Origin: an uncultured Lentisphaerales bacterium
Lineage (GTDB): Bacteria > Verrucomicrobiota > Lentisphaeria > JABSQK01 > UBA12247
DNA: 64,000 nt
Direction of reading: 5' to 3'
Assembly (NCBI GenBank): GCA_943788985.1
Contig: CALSSJ010000026.1
Span: forward strand, 64,001-128,000
Positions 1 to 9,547 of the stretch are shown here, in pieces. Within the stretch, counting starts at the first letter, position 1, and the number at the start of each line of letters is the position of its first letter. The position numbers and the translations under genes are program-made. Below the pieces are notes generated by a model. The model saw only the letters and a list, made by a program, of their open reading frames with translations. It was not told where the DNA came from and did not search any database.

Positions 1-81
1 GTCCTGCACAATCAGGCGAAAATCAAGATTCACTCGACATTGCAGAATGGCAGCAAGCTGAAGGCGGGGGCCCCGCGCTAA
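1..81 (+). CDS. 3' end of an unidentified CDS (partial at window edge)
   Basis: Frame 1 is open from base 1 (VLHNQAKIKIHSTLQNGSKLKAGAPR) to TAA at 79-81 and is followed by a palindrome at 99-114. Confidence 0.4.
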   Translation, partial: VLHNQAKIKIHSTLQNGSKLKAGAPR

Positions 82-98
82 GAGGCCCCGGAAAAAGA

Positions 99-114
99 AT
101 CGACTCGAGTCGAT
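99..114. repeat. Perfect 16-bp palindrome ATCGACTCGAGTCGAT between convergent genes (possible terminator or protein site)
   Basis: Seen directly. A related near-palindrome GCCGATTCGAGTCGGC lies at 28601-28616, also between convergent genes. Confidence 0.4.
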
Positions 115-192
115 CTTCCGGATGGTCATCAGTCAGCAAGGTCCCACCAGACTTGGCCTGTGGGCTGCCTTGTTCTGCCCCTCATGTCGAAC

Positions 193-552
193 TTAGAGCC
201 GCGCTCGAGTGCGCTGAATTTGGTTGTCGTCCGTATTGGCACCACCCAGCATCAACGAATCTGCCCCACGCTGACGCCGCTGAAGGTTTGGCATCAGCAC
301 CGTCGGCGTCTCGAAATAGTCGCCCTGTGGCTGGTCAAAGCGAGGTGCAGCATCATCGTAATAGCCCTGCTGCTTCATGCCGTTATGGCTGGGGAAGCAC
401 TTCAGGTCGTACAGCCCCGGCAGCGTCTCATCAAAATCGAGATCATCCGTAAAAGACACAATGATGTTCGCCCGGTCCTGTGCTTACGTAGCCGGCCCCT
501 CTAGCGCCAGCGCAGCGACAGCAAGTCGAAGGATTGTGCTTGGTACAATCAC
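193..552 (-). pseudogene. Sulfatase N-terminal remnant
   Basis: GTG at 552 gives signal-like MIVPSTILRLAVAALALEGPAT, then an in-frame TAA, then [16 protein letters not shown] (degenerate PNIIxIxxDD sulfatase start) and VLMPNLQR (TPNxDR-like). There is no CxPxR motif and it is truncated. Confidence 0.55.
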
Positions 553-2335
553 TAACGCTCTGACTCAAGTTTGCGGACCACGCAGTACAACGCGCCCACA
601 GTGCCCTGTGCAATGTGAAAAATCGGCGCCAGCCTGTGAGAACCGGCTGTCAGATCAGCCTCAAAGCTCACGCTTGTGGCACCCGCAACTACGGGCTTGC
701 TACCCAGTTTTTTCCCGTCAATGATCAGGCTCGCCTTCGTTGCCGCCAGCGCCTTGCCGCGACTCGCACGGAACGCCTTGCTGGCCCCAGGCACCTGCTT
801 GCCAGCGGGCAGAGCCGCGATGATCGCTTGGTTGGCCTCCGGCGGCCAGCGCAAGGCGTCGATCTGGTAGCGGCCGTCTTGAATGACCTTTACCGCCCAA
901 TGTCCAGTATGTTCCACCTTCTTCTTACCAATGGGCGAGAGCGCACGAATGTGCCCCTGATTCCACGGTGGCGCGCCTTTCCCAATCCAGTCGTGGCCAG
1001 TAAGCACAGCTTCTTTCTCGCCCGGCTGGCCAAGGTAAATCTCGGTCGTCTCCGCGAAACTCGGGGAGATCTCGGCCCACCACTCTTCGTAGAAGCCGCG
1101 CATCGCCTTGAACTGCTCGGGGTACTGCTCCGCGATATTTGTCTTCTGACCGGGGTCGGCCTCGATGTCGTAGAGTTTCCTCGCCATTGATCAGACGGAA
1201 GCGCTGGGACATGACCGAGGACTGGCGCCACATGACCGGATCCACCACTCGCTGGGAATCGGTCACCAGAAAGCGGGCTGCCCAATCCGCATCGACCTTC
1301 GGATCGAGCAAGGCGCGGATGTCTAGCCCGTCAAATTGGTAGCCCTCTGGGGCCTTCCCGCCAGCAATTTCCAGCAGGGTCGGCACGATATCGATCGCGT
1401 GATGTGAGCGTGTGGTCGCCGTGCTTCACGTTCCAGCCGGCCGCTGGCCAATGCACGATAAACGGGACCCGATGGCCACCGTCGTACTCGCTACCCTTCT
1501 TACCGCGCATGCCAGCGTTGAAGACACGATGGCCAGTGGCAGTTCCATTATCCGTGGTGAAGATGAAAATGGTGTCATTGGAAACGCCCAGTTCTTGCAG
1601 CAAGTCCCGCGTCTTGCCTACATTGTCATCAATATTCGTAATCATGCCGAAGAACGCAGCAATGTTCGCTTTCTGGCCCTTGTACATGTCCAGATACTTT
1701 TGTGGGGCATGCAATGGACTGTGAGGGGCGTTTAGGGAAATGTAGGCGAAGAAAGGCTTGCCAGCCTTCGCGGAGTCCGCAATAAAGGCATTGCCTTGCG
1801 CAAAGAACACGTCCGTGCAAAAGCCCTTCGCGGGCACAATCTTGCTATTGTGAAAATAGCTGCCATCGAAGTATGAGTTATCCCAGACGTCCGGAGTCTG
1901 GCCGACGCCACCGCCACCGTGGCGATACACTTCAGTAAATCCTCGGTCTTCAGGACGGTAAGGATAGGTGTCGCCAAGATGCCACTTGCCGAACATCCCG
2001 GTCTGGTAGCCAGCATCCTTAAGATGCTGACCAAGTGTGATCTCGTTAGCGCGCAACATTGAGCGCCCCCTAATCGTGTGCCAAACACCCGTGCGGTTGG
2101 TCCAGTGCCCGGTCAGCAACGCCGCCCGCGTCGGCGAGCAGGTAGGGGCCACATGGTAGTTGGTCAGACTGGTCGATTCCCCGTGGAGCTTGTCGATATG
2201 CGGGGTCTTGATCACCGGGTTGCCGTGACAAGCGAGATCGCCGTAGCCTTGGTCATCCGTAATCACCATTACGATATTGGGCTTGGCGAAGGCCGTGGTG
2301 GCCGCGAAAAGACAGAGGAGAGACAGCAGGCGCAT
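552..2335 (-). CDS. Secreted arylsulfatase (S1, Cys-type), split by two single-base frameshifts (~1402 and ~1177)
   Basis: Signal peptide, KPNIVMVITDDQG, CSPTRAALLTG, GKWHLG, DNG, GKKGSEYDGGHRVP. Three ORF pieces (1331-2335, 925-1386, 552-1187) join into HAIDIVPTLL...NGEELYDIEADPGQ if one base is removed at each junction. Confidence 0.9.
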
Positions 2336-2427
2336 AGAACGAGCCTCCAGCGAGTAAGCGTTTGGATTTCGACTCGACTGTAGGCGCGATCGTAAGTTTA
2401 TCGCATTGCCAGGCAGTAGCCTGAGCA

Positions 2428-2562
2428 GGACTCGATGACTTGGTGACTTGATGACCCCCGATTACACCATGACTGAGCTGACGCCATGACAGTGATCACT
2501 GGTTGGGCGTCATGGCGTCATTTCGTCGCCGGGCGTCATGGCGTCACCAAGTCACCCAGTCC
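2428..2562. repeat. Long imperfect palindrome built from 8-nt periodic units (REP/MITE-like)
   Basis: Left arm GACTCGAT-GACTTGGT-GACTTGAT-GAC...TGACGCCATGAC, central palindrome CAGTGATCACTG, right arm GGGCGTCATGGCGTCA twice then CCAAGTCACCCAGTCC. Confidence 0.7.
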
Positions 2563-2609
2563 TATTCCATCACGCCGCAGGCGTGAGAGGCGCCCTCCGT
2601 TACAGGACT

Positions 2610-2633
2610 AAACCCGGAGCGATTCGTCGCGTA
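2610..2633 (+). promoter_or_regulatory. Putative ECF-sigma promoter (AAAC-N16-CGTA)
   Basis: Matches the general ECF AAC...CGT consensus and lies just upstream of the lipoprotein-ECF sigma operon. Confidence 0.45.
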
Positions 2634-2671
2634 CAACAATCGCCGCCCCCCACACCACACGGAGAATCGCC

Positions 2672-2920
2672 ATGTCCCCTCGCCTCCTCGTCTTCCTTCT
2701 TGCGCTCGCCTGCCTCGCCACTGTCGGCTGTGCGCATCGCCCTGGCCACCGTCATGCCGGCATCAAGCATCCGCCCCGAAAAGTCGCCATGATTGCCAAG
2801 CTTCCCAGCGGCCATCGGGTCGTGCATGTCAAGGGCCGCCGCTACTTCGTCCACAAGGGCGTTTACTACGCAGCCAAAGGCCCACGAGGCTACACGGTGG
2901 TCAAGAAGCCGTTGCACTGA
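2672..2920 (+). CDS. Small His/Arg-rich lipoprotein (DUF6515-like)
   Basis: Lipobox-like LATVGC, then LPSGHRVVHVKGRRYFVHKGVYY...GYTVV. RBS GGAGA upstream. Confidence 0.7.
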   Translation: MSPRLLVFLLALACLATVGCAHRPGHRHAGIKHPPRKVAMIAKLPSGHRVVHVKGRRYFVHKGVYYAAKGPRGYTVVKKPLH

Positions 2921-2971
2921 TTCCAAACACGCGTATACGAAGACAGGAACTTGCTACGTATGATTGAGAGT

Positions 2972-3529
2972 ATGGATACCCACACAGACCACCAACTGGT
3001 TCGCGCCTATCTCGACGGCGACATGGCTGCCTTCGACACCTTGTACGAGCGTTGCCGGCTCCCGCTGTTCAGCTATCTCAACAAGCGCATGGTCCAGCAC
3101 CCAGATGCCGTAGATGACCTTTTTCAGCAGACCTGGTCCAAGGCCATCAAACACCTGCCGCGCTTTCGCGATGCCAACTTCATGCCCTGGCTGCTGCGAA
3201 TCGCCCACAACACCGCCATCGACCACATCCGCAAAGTCCGCCCCAGCGATCCACTCGAAGACCACGCAGCCGAACTGCATTCTGCCGAGCTGGCACCGGG
3301 AGCCGCGCTCATGCAGCACGAACTGATCGGTGCCCTGCGCAGCGCAGTCGACACGCTGCCGCCCGAGCAACGTGAGGTAGTCAGCCTACGCCAGACCGAG
3401 CTGGGCTTCAACGAAATCGCCAGCATCCAGCAGTGCTCGATCAACACCACAATGGGGCGCATGCGCTACGCGCTAGCCGCCCTACGCAAGGCTTTGGCCC
3501 CCATCCGCAACGGAGCCCGCGAGCCATGA
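2972..3529 (+). CDS. ECF (sigma-70 family) RNA polymerase sigma factor
   Basis: Region 2 (GDMAAFDTLY...DDLFQQTW...WLLRIAHNTAIDHIRK) and region 4 (LPPEQREVVSLR...FNEIASIQQCSINTTMGRMRYA). Confidence 0.93.
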   Translation: MDTHTDHQLVRAYLDGDMAAFDTLYERCRLPLFSYLNKRMVQHPDAVDDLFQQTWSKAIKHLPRFRDANFMPWLLRIAHNTAIDHIRKVRPSDPLEDHAAELHSAELAPGAALMQHELIGALRSAVDTLPPEQREVVSLRQTELGFNEIASIQQCSINTTMGRMRYALAALRKALAPIRNGAREP

Positions 3530-3810
3530 CTCCGATAGACTGCGAAGTTCGCAAACTTGCTCAGCACGCCTTGGTCCGTCGGCGCCGCCTGCGCGTTGCC
3601 CGCCTCGGCGTAACCCTCTTGGCCGCTTGCTGGTTGCTCTCGTCGTTGCACTCCAGCGACCCGCAAGCCTCAACCGCAGTAGCGAACGCACCCGAAGCTG
3701 TAGAGATCTGGGCCTGGGATGATGGCTTCAGCGTAGAGCTTGCCATGCTCGAGGCCGAAATGGCGCTCGGCGAGATTGCGGAGTTCGCAAGCGTCGACAG
3801 CAGCCTATGA
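3526..3810 (+). CDS. Putative single-pass membrane anti-sigma factor
   Basis: ATGA overlap with the sigma stop codon. Basic stretch, one TM helix (LGVTLLAACWLLSSL), acidic tail. Confidence 0.6.
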   Translation: MTPIDCEVRKLAQHALVRRRRLRVARLGVTLLAACWLLSSLHSSDPQASTAVANAPEAVEIWAWDDGFSVELAMLEAEMALGEIAEFASVDSSL

Positions 3811-4298
3811 TTGCACGCCTGGCAGTCGCAATGCTGGCCGTCCCGTTGCTGTTCGGCGGCCCTGAATTTGACCGAAAGCCCCACCTACGTGGTGGACTGC
3901 CCGGCGGTCCGCCTGGCGAACGGCTGCTGCTGCGTATGGAGCAAAGAAATCCTCAGGAGTATGAGCGCTTGTGCGAACTGCGAAAGACAGACCCGGAGGC
4001 GTTTCGCGATGCCCTACGTAAGCACGGCAAGGCCGGCTTCCGTCCCCCTCGTGAGGGCCGCCGCCACGCCAAGGAATTGAGCCAACTGGCCGCGCAGGTC
4101 CGCAAGGAGCCAGATGCCGACAAGCGTGCGGCCCTGACACAGCAACTGCAACAAAAGATCGGAGAATCGTTCGATGCAGAAATCGCAGAGCACCAGCAAC
4201 GGCTGGAGGCGATGAGCCGGCGCCTTGAAGAGCGACGCCAGCAAAAAGCAGAGATCTGCCAAAAGATGGCAGGCAAGCTTCTTGAGCCTAGGGACTAG
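3807..4298 (+). CDS. Secreted helical protein (Spy/CpxP-like periplasmic accessory)
   Basis: Signal peptide, Gly/Pro linker, charged coiled-coil. Translationally coupled to the anti-sigma gene. Confidence 0.55.
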   Translation: MIARLAVAMLAVPLLFGGPEFDRKPHLRGGLPGGPPGERLLLRMEQRNPQEYERLCELRKTDPEAFRDALRKHGKAGFRPPREGRRHAKELSQLAAQVRKEPDADKRAALTQQLQQKIGESFDAEIAEHQQRLEAMSRRLEERRQQKAEICQKMAGKLLEPRD

Positions 4299-4582
4299 GA
4301 TTGACGGCCAGCCTCGGCAAACTCCAGGTGTGAATCAGCGCCTACCTGCTCGGTAGGGAGGTCCGCTACGACGGAAGCCACAAGCGCGGCTCACCCAGCT
4401 GTGGCGTATTCGGGGTAAAAGTTCACCAGCCAAACGGATTTCTCCGCGAGGGCAGAGGCGTCTCTGTCCGAGCGCTCATGGAGCGCATGCCCTGGCTCCC
4501 CGTTGAAGATAGAGAGACGCCTACGCGATTCCCAGCTGCGCGAGTGTTCTGACAGGCCTCTACGCGGCCCTGCGTCAGCGTG

Positions 4583-5665
4583 CTACAGGCTCCGACCAGC
4601 CTGGCGCATAGCCAGATCCAAAACCACCAGCGCGGCCATTCCTTCCACGATCGGCACCGCGCGTGGGACTACACACGGATCGTGACGGCCCTTGGCTTCA
4701 AGCACCGCATCATCGCCCTCGAAGGTCGCAGTCTGCTGAGCCTTGCCAATGGTCGCTGGCGGTTTGAAGGCAATGCGAAAGACAAGCGGCTCGCCATTGC
4801 TAATCCCGCCCTGAATTCCGCCGCTATGATTCGTCATCGTGCCCAGGCGCTCGCCCTTCTGCACAAAGGGATCATTATGCTGCGAACCTAGCAGCTCCGT
4901 ACCCGCGAAACCGGATCCAATTTCGAAGCCCTTGGTCGCCGGGATCGACATCATCGCATGCGCCAGTTTGGCCTCAAGCTTATCAAACACAGGCTCACCC
5001 AGACCAGCTGGCACATTGCGGCAGACGCAGCTGACCACGCCACCGATCGAGTCCTGACCATCCCGAGCGGCGACAATAGCCGCCATCATCTTCTCCGAAG
5101 CCGCTTGGTCTGAACAACGCACCTGGTTGCCATCCACCTGCTCCCGGCTGATCGTCAGCACATCCGGGTCCGGCGCGGTGATGTCACCCGCGGCTGACAC
5201 CCAAGACACAATCTCGATGCCAAAGCGCTCAACCAAAATCTTCTCTGCAATCGCACCAGCTGCCACCCGAGCAATCGTCTCACGCGCACTGGAGCGGCCA
5301 CCGCCGCTCGACGCGCGAATCCCGTACTTCATCTGATAGGTGAAGTCGGCATGAGACGGCCGCGGCACGTTACTCATCTCTTTGTAGTCACCAGGCCGCT
5401 GGTCCCGATTGTGCACCAACAGGCCAATTGGCGTGCCGAGCGTCAGGCCATTCTCAGTCCCGGATAGAATCTTGACGACATCTCCTTCCTTGCGGTCAGT
5501 GGTCACCTTGCTCTGTCCCGGACGACGCCGATCCAACTGCGGCTGCAAGTCCTCTTCGGTCAGCGCCAACCCGGCAGGAACGCCATCGACGATGGCCCCC
5601 ACGCCAAAACAGTGCGACTCCCCGAACGTTGTGACACGAAAATCCGTTCCGAAACTGCTGGACAT
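4583..5665 (-). CDS. aroC: Chorismate synthase
   Basis: [48 protein letters not shown]. Confidence 0.98.
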   Translation of the reverse strand: MSSSFGTDFRVTTFGESHCFGVGAIVDGVPAGLALTEEDLQPQLDRRRPGQSKVTTDRKEGDVVKILSGTENGLTLGTPIGLLVHNRDQRPGDYKEMSNVPRPSHADFTYQMKYGIRASSGGGRSSARETIARVAAGAIAEKILVERFGIEIVSWVSAAGDITAPDPDVLTISREQVDGNQVRCSDQAASEKMMAAIVAARDGQDSIGGVVSCVCRNVPAGLGEPVFDKLEAKLAHAMMSIPATKGFEIGSGFAGTELLGSQHNDPFVQKGERLGTMTNHSGGIQGGISNGEPLVFRIAFKPPATIGKAQQTATFEGDDAVLEAKGRHDPCVVPRAVPIVEGMAALVVLDLAMRQAGRSL

Positions 5666-6120
5666 TAGATCGCTCCGCTCTGGAGCATCTGTTGCAGCTC
5701 CGTCTGGAACTCCTGCATGTCTTCTGGCGTTGGCTCAGCATCACCCTTCGGCGTAAAGCCAAAGCGCTGCATCTGGTCGATATACCAGTCACCGCTCGCA
5801 CCGGAAGCAAACGTGACCTGTCCACTGAGCATCGCCCCCGGCGGATGAACAGTATTTAAGGTCACGGAAACCTTTCCTGGCGCTACGTCTTCGCCAGCAC
5901 CCTCTTCCGCCTCACCTCCACCTTCTTCCTCGTCGTCTGGCTCCGGCTCTGGCGTGTCGAACTGCTCCCAGTTCACCTCCAGATCCAGAGCGATCATGCG
6001 AAGCTCCATGTACGTTAGGGACACGCCGTGCTCGTCCTTTAGAATGGTCTGCACTTGGGGCAGCTCAACGCCCTCGGCCATAAGCCGGGCAATGATCTTG
6101 TTTCGTTCTTGCTCACTCAT
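5665..6120 (-). CDS. Hypothetical acidic protein, coupled to aroC
   Basis: 151-aa ORF with a helical N-terminus, acidic linker and beta-rich C-terminus ([14 protein letters not shown]...[10 protein letters not shown]). Its stop overlaps the aroC start. Confidence 0.75.
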   Translation of the reverse strand: MSEQERNKIIARLMAEGVELPQVQTILKDEHGVSLTYMELRMIALDLEVNWEQFDTPEPEPDDEEEGGGEAEEGAGEDVAPGKVSVTLNTVHPPGAMLSGQVTFASGASGDWYIDQMQRFGFTPKGDAEPTPEDMQEFQTELQQMLQSGAI

Positions 6121-6241
6121 TGTAGGGGGGACATCTCGTTACAGGGGGTCATAAATGGGATCAGGTCAAGGCACCGTGCCGCTTGAGCCGTGGACAGTAC
6201 AAATGCACGCGCCGCTGTCAACGCAGTGGACAACCATCAAA

Positions 6242-6290
6242 CCAGCTGTTTGGCATCTCAAACAACTGGATGACATACTTGACAAATGTC
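6242..6290. promoter_or_regulatory. Inverted repeats overlapping a TTGACA -35 element in the divergent intergenic region
   Basis: CCAGCTGTTTG-N6-CAAACAACTGG (6242-6269). GACAT-N9-ATGTC (6272-6290) contains TTGACA at 6279-6284. Confidence 0.4.
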
Positions 6291-6355
6291 TATTGCCTAA
6301 TCAAAGACACATCGTAACGTAAGCCGTTTCGCCTGAATCACTCAAGTTCGCAACC

Positions 6356-7117
6356 ATGTGTTTTTTTTAGGTTCCGATCTGCCTATACCGTCACTCTGAG
6401 ACTCGCGATCCGCCACGCTCTGTTAGCGTAGCCGTGGCAAGCGATCTCGACGACTTACTGGCGCGCAAAAGCCGCGCTCCAGACAGAGATTTCCCGCCTA
6501 GCCGAACAGGAAACGAAGGTGCGGAGTGCGCAAACCCGGCTGCATCAACTGAAGCAGGTAGTGGCCCCAAGCCCGCAGCGATCTTTCTGATGTACGGACT
6601 GAGTTGCGCGGCGCGCGCGCGCCGCGGAGTGCCGAGACCAATAAGACGGCTGATTCGCTTCGCCAACCGCAGACGGAAATCATGGCCAAGGCGCGCGCCC
6701 GCCGCCACTCTGCGACCCGATCGCGTGTGGCCGCAGGTATCCCGTACCAACTGAATTGAGCGGCTGGGCAATCCTAGACCACTGCCTGGTCTTGCTGACG
6801 TCTGAGCCTGCCGCCGGCACAGCTGCCTTCCCTCGCCTTTCTGCGCGACGAGCTCTCGCTCTCTCGCCGAAAACGGCCTTCAGCGCCACCCCTGTCGAGT
6901 TCTCCGGTCGAACCCTGCCTTCCTACCAAATTCGACTCGGTCTGGCAGAGCTGTATGCCGTGTCCGAGGACGGTAAACGTATCAGCATGAGTGCCGACGG
7001 CGCCTGGATCGAAGCGCCGGAAGCGACTCGCGAGCGGCTTAAAGCTGCCGTGCAGATGCTGCGCAAAACGCGCCCCGTCGAGCACTCGTGGCGCTGCCCA
7101 CAGGTGGTGCCAAATGA
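6356..7117 (+). pseudogene. DUF3450-like (TonB2-system associated) protein, multiply frameshifted; start uncertain
   Basis: C-terminal segment YQIRLGLAELYAVSEDGK...GAWIE...RLKAAVQMLRKTRPVE/LVALPTGGAK* resembles the DUF3450 C-terminus. It has an ATGA overlap with the next gene and sits at the head of an ExbB operon. Confidence 0.55.
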
Positions 7118-8513
7118 AGACGCGACACTTCCTCTGGGTCGTGCTTTTGGTTCTGAATGCAGGCGCTGAAGACCGCCTTGCAGGCGCTACGCGATGAAGG
7201 TCACAGCGCTCGAAATCGCAGCGCGATCTGCGCCGCCAGGACGTGCAGTTGCGCAGTTGCGCAAAACGGAAACGGCCCTGCTCGAGCAGGCCGCAGTCCT
7301 GATCGATGTGCATGCCGGAGATCGCAAACCGCGAAAGACGAGTTGGCCCCAGGCCCGGGCGGACGTCATCATCGCCCAGACTGAGCTACGGGCGCAGCGC
7401 GCCCGCACATCACAGATCACTGACCGAGGCCCAGAACCTCGCTGGGCAGCTCTCGGTCCAGCTCGCAGAAATCCCAAGGAAAATCCGCTGCCCCACCGCC
7501 GAGGCTCGATGCCGCTGTAGGCAGCCAGATCGACATTACCGAGGCCACAGCCTTGCTCAGCCTGGCCCACGACCCTCCACCAAACAGGCGCAGTTGACCA
7601 CAGCCACGAGCACAACCATCACCGACGCGTCCGGCGAGGCCATCACCGTCGATCTGATCGCAGTGAGTTTTTGCGAAGTTCGCCTATGCCGGCCCTGATT
7701 CGGTGGGCGTCGGGATCACAAGAGTCCAGCAGATGCCAGCGGTATGCGCTGGCAAGAGCAGCTCTCCCCCGCCAAATGGCGGGGGCGATTCGCAGCGCCG
7801 CCGCGCGGCGCTTGCCGCCGGACGCCCGGCAGTGGTGCCAATGGATATCACCGTGGACCATGCGCCTCGAAACGTGGGACGCGTCCCAGACTCTCGAGGA
7901 GCAAAATTCGCGCCGGAGGTCCGCTGATGATTCCGCTCTTTTGCGATCGCGATCGTCGCCGCGCGCTGTTTACGGCAGAGCGCATTGTGGTTTTTCAGTG
8001 TGGAAAGTGGGCGGCCGGGGCGCGTCGACCAAGCGCTGGCGGCTTGCGAAGTTTTGCAATCTAGACCAGGCCAAGAGCCTACTCGAGAGCACGCGGGGCG
8101 TAGCCTCGCGGCTGATCCTGGCAGCGCTGCACGAGCAGCCTGCTGGTCAGGCAGCCATGGAAGAAGCGATCGAGGTGCGGCTAACTGCCAAGAGACACCG
8201 CGTCTGCGGCGAGCGTCTGGGTGGAATAGCTGTGCTGGCGGCAATCGCACCGTTGCTCGGGCTGCTTGGTACGGTCACTGGCATCATCCAGACCTTCGCC
8301 GTGATCCAGAGCACCGGCGGCACCGATGTCGGACTGATGGCAGGCGGGATTGCCCAGAGCACTGGTTACGACCGCAACGGGGCTGATCATCGCCATTCCT
8401 ACCCCTCATCTGTCATCGCATGCTGGTGGGCTTGCTCGATCGGCTGGTCAGTGCAGCCGAGTGCAAGGCAGCAATCGCCTTGACTTTGCTGTCAACGCGA
8501 GGAGAAAGGATGA
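7114..8513 (+). pseudogene. Long MotA/TolQ/ExbB proton-channel protein with N-terminal periplasmic coiled coil (TtpC-like), multiply frameshifted
   Basis: Pieces across frames: MKTRHFLWVVLLVL signal, VVPMDIT, IRAGGPLMIPL, IAVLAAIAPLLGLLGTVTGIIQTFAVI...MAGGI/ALVTTATGLIIAIP. Confidence 0.8.
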
Positions 8514-9131
8514 ACGCGCTCAGCAATCTCATTTGGCAGGGGCGGCATCGCCTTGCCCGCCATTCTCACGCTGTCCTTTTTCGGTTGGCTGCTATTAATC
8601 AGCAAGTGGCAGATGCTCCGCGCGGATGAGCGCAACTACCGGAGATGGCAGGCTTCGACCGCGACGGCGGCGGAGCGGTGCGACCGTGCTCAAGGCCTGC
8701 GAGGAGTTTCCGTGTGTAGCCGCCCGGGCCTCTGCCTCTCGCCCTGCAATTCTCTGCATGTCCGACGCGATTTTCGGCACCACTTTGGCGGCCTACCTCG
8801 GGGGCGAGGCGGGGCCCGTTTGCGCAGCAGATTTGGGCATTTGTGCGCGGCATCGCGCGGTCACACTGCCATCATTAGGACTTCTCGGTACCGTCCTGGG
8901 GATCACCCCGAAGCTTTCAGACTCTGGCCTCGGAGGGCAATAACGCCCGGGGGCTCGCTTCCGGAAATCACCCAGGCACTGCTCACTCACCGAAGCGGGC
9001 TTGTTGACTGCGGTGCCAATTCTGATCGGCGCGGTCTTACTCGGCGCGCGCATCGACCTCGCCATATCGAACTGGCTTCGCTGGCCGCGAGGCACCTGCG
9101 CCGCACCACCACAGCCGGAGAACTGACCTGA
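8510..9131 (+). pseudogene. exbB: Second MotA/TolQ/ExbB family protein, multiply frameshifted
   Basis: MNALSNLIWQG..LPAILTLSFFGWLLLISKW, TLPSLGLLGTVLGI and ITQALLT...GLLTAVPILIG occur in alternating frames. Confidence 0.7.
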
Positions 9132-9547
9132 TGTTTCGCACGCACTCCAGCCGCCAGCTGCCAGAGACGGACTCAGATGTAAACATGACGCCCCTCATCG
9201 ACATGGTGTTCATTCTCCTGATCTTCTTCCTAGTCACGGCGACCTTTGAGCCCGATCCGGGCATTCAGCTCGAGCGAGCGACAGCCACGCACACCAACTC
9301 GGTGCCAAGCGAAAGCATGCGAATTGCGATCTCCGCAAATAATCAGGCGTATATTGGTGGCCGTGCGGTTGATCGCCCGCAACTTGAACGCGCAGTGCGC
9401 ACCTTCGTCGGAAACAGCCCGCAGGGATCAGTCGCAATTGTGCCAGACCGGCGTGCCGACGCCGGAACGCTGGTGGAACTTATGGATTTAGTCAGGGAGG
9501 CTGGGATAGACAATGTTGCTGTCGTCACTCAAGCGCCCGCGCACTGA
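9131..9547 (+). CDS. exbD: Biopolymer transport protein ExbD/TolR
   Basis: NMTPLIDMVFILLIFFLVTATF with the conserved TM Asp. C-terminal VPDRRADAGTLVELMDLVREAG. Confidence 0.95.
   Translation: MFRTHSSRQLPETDSDVNMTPLIDMVFILLIFFLVTATFEPDPGIQLERATATHTNSVPSESMRIAISANNQAYIGGRAVDRPQLERAVRTFVGNSPQGSVAIVPDRRADAGTLVELMDLVREAGIDNVAVVTQAPAH

Noticed and set aside
6121..6430. Cobalamin or other riboswitch upstream of the Ton operon (also checked 32180-32400)
   Set aside because: The conserved B12-box and other aptamer motifs were not recognisable.
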